From an uncultured Solirubrobacterales bacterium (GTDB lineage: Bacteria > Actinomycetota > Thermoleophilia > Solirubrobacterales > 70-9): a stretch of DNA of 64,000 nt. The position numbers and the translations under genes are program-made. Below the pieces are notes generated by a model. The model made no database searches. It saw only the letters and a list, made by a program, of their open reading frames with translations, and was not told where the DNA came from. The stretch covers positions 418,578 through 482,577 of the forward strand of contig OY970377.1 of assembly GCA_963718775.1 (NCBI GenBank). Reading direction: 5' to 3'. Below, in pieces: positions 1-9,639 of the stretch. The first letter of the stretch is position 1; every line of letters starts with the position of its first letter.

Positions 1-1834
1 GCGTGGCCTCATCGTGCACGAGAAGCGAGATGCAGTCGGCATCATCCTTCAGAACCTCGGAACTTGCTTCCATCCGCTCGAAGAGCGCCCACCAGACCGG
101 CCGCGCCTCTCGGTGGTGGTACTCGAGCAGCTGCGCCATCTGAAACCGTGCTCGCTGGGCCTGGTCACCGAAGGTCGGATCATCGGGGACGCCCTCCACC
201 AGCGCCCGCATCAGGGCTTCGTTCTCCTCGCGGATCGCCAGCGCTTTTTCGCTGGGCTCCTGGTGCTCGGCCTCGAACCACGCAATCCACTGGGCCTCCT
301 CCCAGCCGTCGAACTCCTGTACGGCCTCCTCACGCAAACCGATGAGCCAGTCGCGGAGCTTCAGGGTCGAGATGCAGTCGTCGCGGTTGTAGTCGGCGAT
401 CTCCTCGAGGATCGTCGGGTCGTCCTCCTCCAACCAGCGCTCGAACATCACAACTGAGTCGCCACCATCAGTTACCGCCGTGTCACGCGCATCCATGTAG
501 AAGGCCTCGACCTTCTTGATCGAGTAGCTCGGCTGGGAGATCAGCATCGCCTCGCGCACGACCTTGAAGAGGTCGACGAAGACCTCGTCGCGCAGAAGCT
601 GGTCGAGCTCCTCCTCGCGCGTGCCGTGGGCGCCGGCGATGCGCTTGAGCGCCGTCACCTCGTAGTGGTTGTAGTGGTAGATGTGGAGGTCGGGGAACGC
701 CTTGCGGCGCTCGGTAACGAGGTCGATGAACTCCTCCAGTGCCCGCTTCTCCTCGGCTCGGTCCCGGCCCCAGATGGCCGTGAACTCATACTTCTCGCCA
801 TCCGCCGTCACGAAGCCAAAGAGGTACTCCAACCCGCCGTCATCGAAGAGCGGATCACCCTCCATGTCGAAAAAGACATCGCCCTCTGAGGGTCGTGGCA
901 TCCGTGCGAATCCCCTGCCCTCTTCTGGCGCGCGCAGCTCGTAGCTGTGCTCGCCGCTCTCACGGGCCGCGAGCTGGAGGCTCGCCTGCTCGTGGAGGCG
1001 CGACAGCACTTCAGCGTCGATGCTCTGAACCGCCAGGTGCTCGGCGCTGCCGAGGGCGGCGAGAGTTTCGATGCCCGCTCCTTGGAGCAACTCGCGCTGG
1101 CGTGCGCTGATGTTTGCGACCAGGCTGAGGTGATCGTCCCTCTCCCACTTCTCGTCGCAGACGGCGCGCCAGCGGCATACCGCGCAATGCGCGACGGGCT
1201 CGGGGTAGGTGCTCCGGCCACCGTCGGTGAGCGCTGCGAGGAACGCCGTGCGGACCCGGCGGAAGTAGGCGGAGAACTCGGCGAGGCGAAACGTGCGCTG
1301 CTCCTCGTTTCCAAGGACTACGTGGATGCGTTCGGGCTCGACGCCCTGGGCTGCCGCCAGCAGCTCGCTGTAGAAGCAGAGCTGGAGGACGAAGTAGGGC
1401 TTGGCGCGACGGGCGAGCTTGGTGTCGGCGACCTCGTAGCTGAAGTCCCCCAGCTCCGAAGGGCGGTCGACCCGGAAAAGGAAGTCGGCGTGGCCACGCA
1501 ATCCGTCCCTGAGGAAGGTCGCCTGATAGACGACCTCGGCGCCGCCGCGCAACGCCTCTTCGGTGCGAGCGACAGCATCGAGCAGAGTGGCCTCCGAGCC
1601 GTCTGCTTCCGGGATCTCGGCGACCCGCAAACCGTCGGCCTTCAGCGAATCTAGGTACCGCCGCTCGAACTCGTCGCCCTTGCGGGCCAGCAGCTCCGCG
1701 TCGGCCCCTCGCTCAGGCTTTGCCTCAAACTCGCCTCGTGCCCTGGCAAGGTCAAGAGTCGTCAGATGGGGACAGGCGAGGAAGTTGTTGAGGTCGCTCG
1801 CCGACAGAATCAGCTGTTTGTCGAGCAGCTGCAC
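1..1834 (-). CDS. TM0106-family RecB-like nuclease with RNase H-fold exonuclease domain. N-terminal ~610 codons only; the 3' end runs off the window.
   Basis: Absent from the ORF track because no stop lies in the window. My own minus-strand translation from GTG 1834 (alternative GTGs at 1897 and 1906) is stop-free to base 1: VQLLDKQLILSASDLNNFLACPHL...YEVADTKLARRAKPYFVLQLCFYSELL...HCAVCRWRAVCDEKWERDDHLSLVANIS...VFFDMEGDPL...HIYHYNHYEVTALKR...YNRDDCISTL. No frameshift is needed. Confidence 0.7.
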   Translation of the reverse strand, partial: MQLLDKQLILSASDLNNFLACPHLTTLDLARARGEFEAKPERGADAELLARKGDEFERRYLDSLKADGLRVAEIPEADGSEATLLDAVARTEEALRGGAEVVYQATFLRDGLRGHADFLFRVDRPSELGDFSYEVADTKLARRAKPYFVLQLCFYSELLAAAQGVEPERIHVVLGNEEQRTFRLAEFSAYFRRVRTAFLAALTDGGRSTYPEPVAHCAVCRWRAVCDEKWERDDHLSLVANISARQRELLQGAGIETLAALGSAEHLAVQSIDAEVLSRLHEQASLQLAARESGEHSYELRAPEEGRGFARMPRPSEGDVFFDMEGDPLFDDGGLEYLFGFVTADGEKYEFTAIWGRDRAEEKRALEEFIDLVTERRKAFPDLHIYHYNHYEVTALKRIAGAHGTREEELDQLLRDEVFVDLFKVVREAMLISQPSYSIKKVEAFYMDARDTAVTDGGDSVVMFERWLEEDDPTILEEIADYNRDDCISTLKLRDWLIGLREEAVQEFDGWEEAQWIAWFEAEHQEPSEKALAIREENEALMRALVEGVPDDPTFGDQAQRARFQMAQLLEYHHREARPVWWALFERMEASSEVLKDDADCISLLVHDEAT

Positions 1835-2022
1835 GCCTACCTCACACGGCGCATCGTCCGTACCCCGCAGGGCTTGGCAGCAACCAAACCCGGGCACGCA
1901 CTGCACTTGAAGTGAAGGGCACCATTGCAGTGAACATATCGTCAGTCCCCCATAATCCGCAGGCCGAGGACGCTCCTCTTGACGCCGATCTCGGTCGAGA
2001 CAACTCGTTCCCGTCGCTCGGG

Positions 2023-3168
2023 CTACGCTGCCGCGGCAAGGGTCGAGCCGACGTCAACCGATTCCAGCTCGGACCTCACCGCCTGACCGAGAACCGCCGC
2101 GAGTGCTGGCGGCACAGCATCGCCGACGACTCGATAGCCGTTCACAAAAGTGCGATCAAAGACGTACCAGTCAGGAAACGTCTGAATCCGCGCCGCCTCG
2201 CGCACAGTTATCTGTCGGTGCTCGCTCGGATGGATCGACTGATGTGAGCTATTGCGCTGACCTGAACCGTTTGCCTTCAGCTTGCCCTGCGCGCGAATCG
2301 TCTTAGCAGGCGCATCCCAGCGCAAGCGATCACGCTTGTACCGAGGATTTCGCTTTCCCGGTGCGGTTTCCTTGAAGCTCTCGAGCACAGGATCGGAATA
2401 ACGGCGAGCAACATGGTTTGGAACTGTTGGCTCCGTTCCGTAGTCAGCGGCTGGTGGAAGATCGCCAATCGCGTCACGAGTAGTGGCCCAGGGCTTCAAA
2501 ATGCCAGCGTCTCCGAGCAACCCGATCCTTGAGGGATCTCCATGCGTCGCCAGGGGAAAGGTCGGGGCCTCCGTGCCGCGAATGCCGAGCACAAAAAGCC
2601 GATGGCGATGCTGAGGGACGCCGTAATCCGCAGCATCGACCACGCTCCAGGTGATCGAGTAGCCCGGAGCGGCAAGCGCGTCCACAATGCTGCGAAAGGC
2701 ACCGCCAGCCTCACCATCTTCTCCCGCGGCGGACAACAAACCCTTGACGTTCTCGAAGATGAACGCTGCCGGCGAAATCTCTTCAAGCACACGAACGTAC
2801 TCAAGATAAAGTCGGCCAACCTCGGACTGCAGGCCCTTCCGGCCGCCTGCAACCGAGAAGCTGACGCAGGGTGGACCGCCTACCAGCAGAGCCGCCTCGC
2901 CGACTTCAAGTCCCGCTGACGACAAGATCTCCGCTGAAGACACGTCGCGGATATCGCGTTCGAGGATCTCGCAGCCCTGGAGGAACCGATGATCTGGCGA
3001 AATCGAATGTCGGAGGTCCTGATTTCTCCGCAACGCCTCGCAGGCATAGGGCTCAAGCTCCACCGCAACCTTCGTCTGAAAGCCTGACGATGCGACTCCA
3101 AGGTCCAGCCCTCCGCAACCGGAGAAGAGCGAGACGGTCGGCAGTGTTTGCAGATTCACGTCGAGCAT
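2023..3168 (-). CDS. DNA (cytosine-5)-methyltransferase, type II R-M methylase
   Basis: Track ORF 2023..3177 carries the C5-MTase motifs FSGCGG (I), PPCVSFS (IV), ENVKGL (VI), QTFPDWY and GDAVPP (X). The ATG at 3168 is preferred over the track's TTG at 3177. Confidence 0.9.
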   Translation of the reverse strand: MLDVNLQTLPTVSLFSGCGGLDLGVASSGFQTKVAVELEPYACEALRRNQDLRHSISPDHRFLQGCEILERDIRDVSSAEILSSAGLEVGEAALLVGGPPCVSFSVAGGRKGLQSEVGRLYLEYVRVLEEISPAAFIFENVKGLLSAAGEDGEAGGAFRSIVDALAAPGYSITWSVVDAADYGVPQHRHRLFVLGIRGTEAPTFPLATHGDPSRIGLLGDAGILKPWATTRDAIGDLPPAADYGTEPTVPNHVARRYSDPVLESFKETAPGKRNPRYKRDRLRWDAPAKTIRAQGKLKANGSGQRNSSHQSIHPSEHRQITVREAARIQTFPDWYVFDRTFVNGYRVVGDAVPPALAAVLGQAVRSELESVDVGSTLAAAA

Positions 3169-3222
3169 TGTATACAACTGAATGTAGACATATAGTCACG
3201 AATAGCTTGGAGTTCCGCTCCC

Positions 3223-3456
3223 GTGGCGCCTAATTCTGAATCAGCCTTCGGTCGGATTGTTCGTCGCCGCCGAAAAGCTCTGGGCCTCTCCCAGGAAGCC
3301 CTTGCGGCTGAGGCCGATCTCCATCGCACTTTCGTCTCGATGATTGAGCGAGGGGAGAGGCGTCCATCCCTGGAGGTAGTTCGCAAGCTCGCATCCGGGC
3401 TAGACACGTCAGCGGCCGATCTGGTCGCTGAGCTCGAGAGAGAAGCGCCACGGTGA
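3223..3456 (+). CDS. XRE-family helix-turn-helix protein, likely the R-M controller (C) protein
   Basis: 77 aa with RRRRKALGLSQEALAAEADLHRTFVSMIERGERRPSLEVVRKLA. It is divergent from the methylase and its stop overlaps the endonuclease start (3453..3456). Confidence 0.75.
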   Translation: MAPNSESAFGRIVRRRRKALGLSQEALAAEADLHRTFVSMIERGERRPSLEVVRKLASGLDTSAADLVAELEREAPR

Positions 3457-4619
3457 CCGGGCGAAAGCGACCCAGTCGTCCCCCAAGCAACTATGTCGCC
3501 GAGTGGTTCGGGCACATAGTCTGGCCCCCTGAGCAGATTGACGCCAGCCAGGAGGCGGTCCGCGATCAGGTGGAGGAGCGCTGTCCGTTCCTTTCAAGCG
3601 CCACGGCCTCCGACGTTCCCTGCATCAAGAAAATAAGCGCCGGCCCCTATCGGAGCGGCTTCTGCACCGCCAGCAGTCCCAGCACGGGCGTGCGAGAGGA
3701 CTGGCTGGCATGCCCCGCCAGGGTTTTTGATCAGCACTTCGCACTGATCCGCTCAGCGATCATTCACCTCTTTGAGGTTCCAAAGGGTGTGGAGTTTGAC
3801 GCCTACCCATTGACGCGCTTTGAGGATCCTGCGGTTCAAGCTCGGGTTCGTGAACTCGACGGCGGCAACGGTCCTCACCGTGTGTTCGCCTTTGCATCAA
3901 ACCCTCCCCTGCTCGGCGGAGAGATCGACATCCCGGAGACCGCCAGTTCACCTGGCAACAAGGTCGATGTCTCGATCTTCGAGATTCTACGAGTCGAAAA
4001 CGAGAAGCCAGTGCTCGGACGCTTCGCCATATTCGAGATTCAGACGGCTGATTTCCACGGCAGCCCCTTGCACGCAATCGGCGAGCTTCGGAGCCTCGGT
4101 CCGCCGACCGAGGATCGCGACTACCACGATGCGATAGCGGCAAATCCAGAGCTGCTTGGCAAGCGAGTCGAGGGACCAAACAAGGCGAACATCTTCAAGC
4201 GAACGATCTACCAGATGATTTTGAAGATTCAGATGGCCAAGGACCCCGGTTGCGCTGGATTCTGCGTTGTCTTGCCCGAGCCTGTCTGGCGTAGCTGGGA
4301 GCGGCACCTTGGCAGTCCGGCCCTGGTCGCTGACCCCGACCGACCTGGAGTCCTCCGCATGACGGCCCCAAGCGAGTCCCGGCACGTCGAGCCTCTGGTC
4401 GAGAAAGAGCCTGCCTGGATTCTTGTCTTCAAGATAGATCGGGAGTCAGCCGAGACGCCGCGCCCACTCGCGATCGTCAAGCAGATCGCGACCGATTCCC
4501 ACGCTCTGCTGCATCACGCCTTCGAGGAAGCTCCCCGCCATGCGATTGCTGAGGGTGCCCTCGAGCGATTCAGCTCCGCGTTCGAGCGCCGGCTCGGCGC
4601 GTACTGGAAGCGGAGCTGA
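3453..4619 (+). CDS. NotI-family type II restriction endonuclease
   Basis: 388 aa. From my memory of NotI these blocks match: NYVAEWFGHIVWP, a four-Cys cluster (CPFL...C...C...DWLACPARVFD), FEIQTADFHGS, EGPNKANIFKRTIYQM, WILVFK. Not confirmed by any search. Confidence 0.8.
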   Translation: MTGRKRPSRPPSNYVAEWFGHIVWPPEQIDASQEAVRDQVEERCPFLSSATASDVPCIKKISAGPYRSGFCTASSPSTGVREDWLACPARVFDQHFALIRSAIIHLFEVPKGVEFDAYPLTRFEDPAVQARVRELDGGNGPHRVFAFASNPPLLGGEIDIPETASSPGNKVDVSIFEILRVENEKPVLGRFAIFEIQTADFHGSPLHAIGELRSLGPPTEDRDYHDAIAANPELLGKRVEGPNKANIFKRTIYQMILKIQMAKDPGCAGFCVVLPEPVWRSWERHLGSPALVADPDRPGVLRMTAPSESRHVEPLVEKEPAWILVFKIDRESAETPRPLAIVKQIATDSHALLHHAFEEAPRHAIAEGALERFSSAFERRLGAYWKRS

Positions 4620-4806
4620 TCGAGTGCCGAGGTTTCAATCGGCGAGCTCAGCTGGCCTCGGCACCCCGGCTCTAGTGCCGGCCCCGGGGCGTTCTAGCGC
4701 CGCCGGGGCACTTTGCTTATGTCGGCGCGGCGACCGTAGCTCCGCCCTTGGCGCAAAGCGAGGCGGAATCGGGCGGAAACGCCGCTAATCGCCGCGTATC
4801 GGCGTC

Positions 4807-4830
4807 ATTTTGGGCACTAGTGCCCAAAAT
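4807..4830. repeat. Perfect 24-bp palindrome ATTTTGGGCACTAGTGCCCAAAAT
   Basis: Read directly from the sequence. Lies in the AT-richer spacer 86 bp from the tRNA-Gly 3' end. Confidence 0.9.
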
Positions 4831-4915
4831 GGAGGCGATAGGAGGGGATGGTTCCATTTCCCCTTTGCGCCTCCAGAAACGACGAAATCCCGCCCTAGAG
4901 CGAGATTTCGTTCGA

Positions 4916-4989
4916 AGCGGCTGATGGGATTCGAACCCACGACCTTCTGCATGGCAAGCAGACGCTCTAGCCAGCTGAGCTACAGCCGC
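4916..4989 (-). tRNA. tRNA-Gly (anticodon GCC)
   Basis: Reverse complement is GCGGCTGTAGCTCAGCTGGCTAGAGCGTCTGCTTGCCATGCAGAAGGTCGTGGGTTCGAATCCCATCAGCCGCT. It folds as a cloverleaf: acceptor GCGGCTG/CAGCCGC, D stem GCTC/GAGC, anticodon stem TCTGC/GCAGA with loop TTGCCAT, T loop TTCGAAT, and C2:G71, G3:C70, U73. Confidence 0.85.
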
Positions 4990-5229
4990 ACGGGGGCGAA
5001 TTCTAGCCTTATGGGCGGTGCCTTGGAGGCTCATACTTATTATTTGGTAGGGTTGTCGCAACCCGGAGGACGGTCGCCGGGTCAGCGAGACAACTGGAGG
5101 ATCAAGCAAATGACCACGTTCACAGTCCTCGTTTCGTTTCGCGTCGGCGCTCGTAGGCTCGGCGGTCCCTCCCTCCGTCGCCATGACTTGAGCACCCTCC
5201 GACCCGGCGACCGTTCCTCTCGGTTCTGG

Positions 5230-5732
5230 CTAGAGCGCTGACTCGGCGAGAAGCGCCTGGAGATCGAGCGGGCGCGTGTACATCTCGACCTTCTGGCCCG
5301 GCTGCGGCTCGCGGCCACTGCTCCTCGGGCCGGTCCCAGTAGAGCTCGATCCCGTTGCCGTCGGGGTCGTCGAGGTAGAGCGCCTCGCTGACGCCGTGGT
5401 CGGAGGCGCCGCTGAGCGGGACCCCGGCCGCGACCAGGCGCCGCAGCGCGTCGGCGAGGGCGCGCGCGGGTCGGGTAGCGGATCGCGACGTGGAAGAGGC
5501 CGGTCGTGCCCGGCGGCGGCGGCGAGCCGCCCTTCGAGTGCCAGGTGTTGAGGCCGATGTGGTGGTGGTAGCCGCCGGCCGAGACGAAGGCGGCCTCGTC
5601 GCCGAAGCGCTGCTGCAGCTCGAAGCCGAGCACGCCGCAGTAGAAGTCGAGCGCGCGGTCGATGTCGGCGACCTTGAGGTGGACGTGGCCGATGTCGACG
5701 CCGGGGTCGATCGGCTCGGCGTCCTCAGCCAT
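5230..5732 (-). CDS. VOC/glyoxalase-family protein; needs about 2 frame changes in this assembly
   Basis: Track ORF 5082..5732 reads well to ...GLFHVAIRYPTRA and then degenerates. Other frames continue as ALADALRRLVAAGVPLSGASDHGVSEALYLDDPDGNGIELYWDRPEEQW, then EPQPGQKVEMYTRPLDLQALLAESAL and a stop at 5230. Confidence 0.7.
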
Positions 5733-6672
5733 CGAGCGCCTCGTTGACGAGGCGGTCGGCCTCGGCGTTGTGCTCGCGGCGGACGTGGCGGATCGACCAG
5801 CGCTCGAAGTCGCGCAGGGCCCGCTTCACCTCGGCGTGCAGCTCGCGCATCGTCGCGTCCTTGACCTTGTACTCGCCCTTGACCTGCTTGACGATCAGCT
5901 CCGAGTCGCCGACCAGCTCCAGCTCGGTGGCGCCGAGCGCCGCCGCGCTCTCGATCCCCAGCAGCAGCGCCTTGTACTCGGCGACGTTGTTGGTCGCCCG
6001 GCCGATCCGCTCGCCGCGCTCCTCGAGCACCTCGCCGCCGGGCTCCTGGACGACGGCGGCGATCGCCGCCGGGCCGGGGTTGCCGCGGGCGCCGCCGTCG
6101 ACGTTGACGACCAGCTTCTCGAGCTGCTCAGGGCCATCGGGCGCTCCACGCGCTGCGCCACCGGCGGGCGCCGAGGACGAGCTGGCCGCCCTCTGCGGCG
6201 CTGGCGTTCCACTGGCCGGGCGGAGCGGTCGAGCTGCTCGACCTCGTTGCCCTTGTCGATCTGGAAGACCGGGCGCAGCTCGTCGCCGAGGTCGACGCCC
6301 CACTGGTACCAGGAGAGCTCCCAGGCGACCGTGATCCGCACCTCGCTGGGCGAGCCGGCGGCGGCGCCGACCGAGACCCAGGGCTTGCCCAGGGTGCGCA
6401 TCAGCCCGGCGACGGTGCGGGCGGCCTCGCTCGCGTTGAAGCGGTCGACGGCGCGCTCGAGGCGGCTGCCGCGGGGCCTCGCGAGCCTCCGGTTCACGCT
6501 TGCCGACGTTGGCCCCGGGCGCCGCCGGATCGACCCAGCCCAGCTGCTCGGCCCGCCCCCGGCAGAGCTCGCAGACCATCCGCGGCCCATCCTTCGGGCT
6601 CATGTAGGTGCGGGTCCGCTCCCCAGCCAGAATCGTCCGCCCGCAGATGCCACAGCTCTCGTCGGGGCTCAC
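5725..6672 (-). CDS. RNase H-domain protein with an N-terminal CxxC...CxxC segment; frameshifted
   Basis: The C-terminus VVNVDGGARGNPGPAAIAAVV...NNVAEYKALLLGIE...GDSELIVKQV...HVRREHNAEADRLVNEA is RNase HI-like. The middle part is readable only in the frame of track ORF 5895..6590. Confidence 0.6.
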   Translation of the reverse strand: MSPDESCGICGRTILAGERTRTYMSPKDGPRMVCELCRGRAEQLGWVDPAAPGANVGKREPEAREAPRQPPRARRRPLQRERGRPHRRRADAHPGQALGLGRRRRRLAQRGADHGRLGALLVPVGRRPRRRAAPGLPDRQGQRGRAARPLRPASGTPAPQRAASSSSAPAGGAARGAPDGPEQLEKLVVNVDGGARGNPGPAAIAAVVQEPGGEVLEERGERIGRATNNVAEYKALLLGIESAAALGATELELVGDSELIVKQVKGEYKVKDATMRELHAEVKRALRDFERWSIRHVRREHNAEADRLVNEALDG

Positions 6673-6707
6673 AACCCCAACTTAGATGATCCGCCGGTAC
6701 GCCCGAA

Positions 6708-8787
6708 TCACCCTGCGGCGACAACTTTCTGGGCGAGGTGCGCGGGCACCTCCTCGTAGCGCTCGAACTCGATCTCGAAGTCGGCGCGACCGCCGCTGAT
6801 CGAGCGCAGGTCGGGCGCGTAGTCGAGCACCTCGGCCATCGGCACCTCGGCCCTGACCTCGGTCGCCGCGCCCTTCGGCTCCATCCCCAGCGGGTGGCCG
6901 CGGCGCGAGTTGAGGTCGCCGATCACGTCGCCGACGACGTCGTCGGGGCAGCTGACAGTGAGCCGCACGATCGGCTCGAGCAGGACCGGGTCGGCCTCCT
7001 CCATCGCCTGCTTGAAGGCCATCGAGCCGGCGATCTTGAAGGCCATCTCCGAGGAGTCGACGTCGTGGTGCTTGCCGTCGACGAGCCGCACCCGCACGTC
7101 CTTGACCGGGTAGCCGGCGACGGTGCCGTGCTCCATCGCCTCTACGACCCCCTTCTCGACCGCCGGGATGAAGCCGCCCGGGATCGCCGCGCCCTTGATC
7201 TTGTTGACGAACTCGAGCCCGGCGCCGTCCTCGGCCGGCTCGATCTCGATCTTGCAGTCGGCGAACTGGCCGCGCCCGCCGGACTGCTTCTTGTAGCGGG
7301 CGTGGGCGCTGGCCGGGCGGCGGATCGACTCCTGGTAGGGGACGCGCGGCGGGTGCAGCTCGATCTCGACCCCGAAGCGGCGCTTCATCCGCGCGACGAT
7401 CACCTCGACGTGGATCTGGGTGAGGCCGGCGATGATCTGCTCGCCGGTCTGCGCGTCGCGGTGGACGTCGAGGGTCGGGTCCTCCTCGGTCAGCCGGCGC
7501 ACCGCCGCGGCGGCCTTGTCCTCGTCGCCCTTCGACCTCGTCTCGTAGGCGAAGGCCATCACCGGCGCGGGCAGGTCGAGCGGCGCGAAGGCGACCTCCT
7601 CCTGGCCGTCGCAGAGCACGTCGCCGGCGCGCGTCTCCTTCAGCTTGGCGACGCGCCGATGTCGCCGGCGCCGAGCTCGGCGACCGGCTTCAGCTCCTTG
7701 CCGAGCGGCTGGCCGAGCTGGCCGATCCGCTCCTTCTGGCCGCGGCTGGCGTTGACCACGTGGGAGTCGGAGCGGAGCGTGCCGCGGTAGACGCGGAAGA
7801 GGTTGATCCGGCCGGTGTAGGGGTCGGCGAGGGTCTTGAAGACGTAGGCGACCAGCGGGCCGTCCTCGTCGGGCTCGATCTCGATCGCCTCGCCCTCGCC
7901 GTCGCTCGCCGCCACAGCGCCGCGCATCGCCGGCGAGGGCAGGTCCTCGACCAGCGCCTCGAGCAGGCGGTCGGTGCCGAGGTTGCGCGTCGCCACGCCG
8001 CAGGTGACCGGGAAGACTCGCCCCGCCGTGACGCCCTGCTTCAGCAGCCGTGACGATCTCGTCGTGGTCGATCTCCTCGCCCTCGAGGTAGCGCTCCATC
8101 AGCTCGTCGGAGTTCTCCGCCACCTCGTCCATCAGCTTCTCGCGGTACTCCTCGGCCTGGTCGCGCAGCTCCTCGGGGATCTCGACCTCCTCCGCCGCGC
8201 CGCGGCCCCGCCTCCTCGTAGACGAAGGCCTTCATGTCGATCAGGTCGATCACGCCGCGCACCTCGTGCTCGGCGCCGATCGGGATCTCGGTGGCGACGA
8301 CGTGCGGGCCGAAGGCCGCCTTGAGCGAGTCGAGCGCGCGGAAGAAGTCGGCTCGCTCGCGGTCGAGCATGTTGACGAAGACGAGCCGCGCCAGCCCCTC
8401 GGCGTCGGCCCGCCGCCAGAGCCGCTCGGTGTGGACCTCGACGCCCATCACGCCGTTGACGACGACGACGGCGGCGTCGGCGACCCGCAGCGCGGCGATC
8501 GCGTCGGCGACGAAGCTCGGCTCGCCGGGCGTGTCGATCAGGTTGATCTCGCGCCCGTCGTGCTCGAAGCAGGCGAGGGCGACGTCGATCGACATCTGCC
8601 GCTCCTGCTCGTCGGGCTCGTGGTCGGAGACGGTCGAGCCCTCGGCCACCGTGCCCAGCCGGTTGACCGCGCCGGCCTCGAACAGCATCGCCTCGTGCAG
8701 GCTCGTCTTGCCGCAGCCCCGGTGCCCGATCAGGGCGACATTGCGAATCCGGTCTGCGGCCTTATGAGGCACGCACTGAAGGTACAC
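6708..8787 (-). CDS. Elongation factor G-family GTPase (EF-G paralog); at least 3 frame changes
   Basis: Consecutive pieces lie on three track ORFs: 8041..8787 (IRNVALIGHRGCGKTSL...DTPGEPSF G domain), 7640..7996 (domain II) and 6708..8132 (domains III-V, ...YKKQSGGRGQFADCKIEIEP...). Confidence 0.8.
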
Positions 8788-8813
8788 CCAGCAAGGCGCA
8801 GCTCAAACCGTCT

Positions 8814-9596
8814 TTAGTGATCGTCGCCGGGCTGCAGGCCGGACTTCAGCCGCATCACTGCCTTGGTGTGCAGCTGCGAGACGCGCGACTCGGTGACGCC
8901 GAGGACCTCGCCGATCTCACGCAGGGTGAGGTTCTCGTAGTAGTAGAGGGCGACGACGAGCTGCTCGCGCTCGGGCAGCGAGGCGATCGCCTCGGTGAGG
9001 CGGTCCTTGATCTCGCTGCTGTCGAGCGATTCCTGCGGGTCGTCGGCGCGCGGGTCGGAGATCGTGTCGAGCAGCGAGACCTGGTCGCCGGAGGAGTCGG
9101 AGACGGTCCAGAGCTCGTCGAGGGCGTAGACCGAGGAGTTGGCGATCTCCAGCAGCGAGGTCTGCAGTTCGTCCTCGTTGATCTCCAGCTTCGCCGCCAG
9201 CTCGGCCTCGCTCGGGGCTCGCTGCAGCTCGTGCTCGAGCTTCGCCTGGGCGGCCTCGATTTCGCGGGCCCGCGAGCGGACCGAGCGCGGCACCCAGTCG
9301 AGCGAGCGCAGCTCGTCGATGATCGCGCCGCGGATCCGGGTCATCGCGAAGGTCTCGAACTTGATCCCGCGCTCGGGCTCGAAGCGCTCGATCGCGCCGA
9401 TCAGGCCCATCAGGCCGTAGGAGATCAGGTCGGCGTCGTCGACGTGGGAGGGCAGGCCGGCGCCGAGCCGGCCGGCGACGAACTTGACCATCGGCGAGTA
9501 GGCGACGACCAGGCGCTCGCGAGCGCTCGCGTCCCCGTCCACCTTGTAGCGGCGCCACAGATCGCGCAGCTCCATCTCTTTTACGCCGGTTTCCAT
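8814..9596 (-). CDS. FliA/WhiG-subfamily sigma-70 factor
   Basis: Intact 260 aa with region 2 (DLISYGLMGLIGAIERFEP..GIKFETFAMTRIRGAIIDELR) and region 4 (YYENLTLREIGEVLGVTESRVSQLHTKA). Confidence 0.85.
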   Translation of the reverse strand: METGVKEMELRDLWRRYKVDGDASARERLVVAYSPMVKFVAGRLGAGLPSHVDDADLISYGLMGLIGAIERFEPERGIKFETFAMTRIRGAIIDELRSLDWVPRSVRSRAREIEAAQAKLEHELQRAPSEAELAAKLEINEDELQTSLLEIANSSVYALDELWTVSDSSGDQVSLLDTISDPRADDPQESLDSSEIKDRLTEAIASLPEREQLVVALYYYENLTLREIGEVLGVTESRVSQLHTKAVMRLKSGLQPGDDH

Positions 9597-9639
9597 GCCC
9601 TTTTGCCCGATTCTATGTTCGCTGACGAGTTATTGCGGC

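Noticed and set aside
3187-3197. GACATATAGTC in the methylase / C-protein divergent spacer as the C-box operator.
   Set aside because: Only the outer GAC/GTC triplets are palindromic, and I cannot match it to a specific known C-box consensus from memory. It is kept as a remark inside the R-M finding rather than listed as a feature.
4624-4664. The hairpin GTGCCGAGG...CCTCGGCAC just after the NotI-like gene could be an intrinsic terminator.
   Set aside because: It has a 9-bp stem but a 23-nt loop and no downstream U-tract. It may still terminate transcription in a high-GC organism, but the sequence alone does not support that call.
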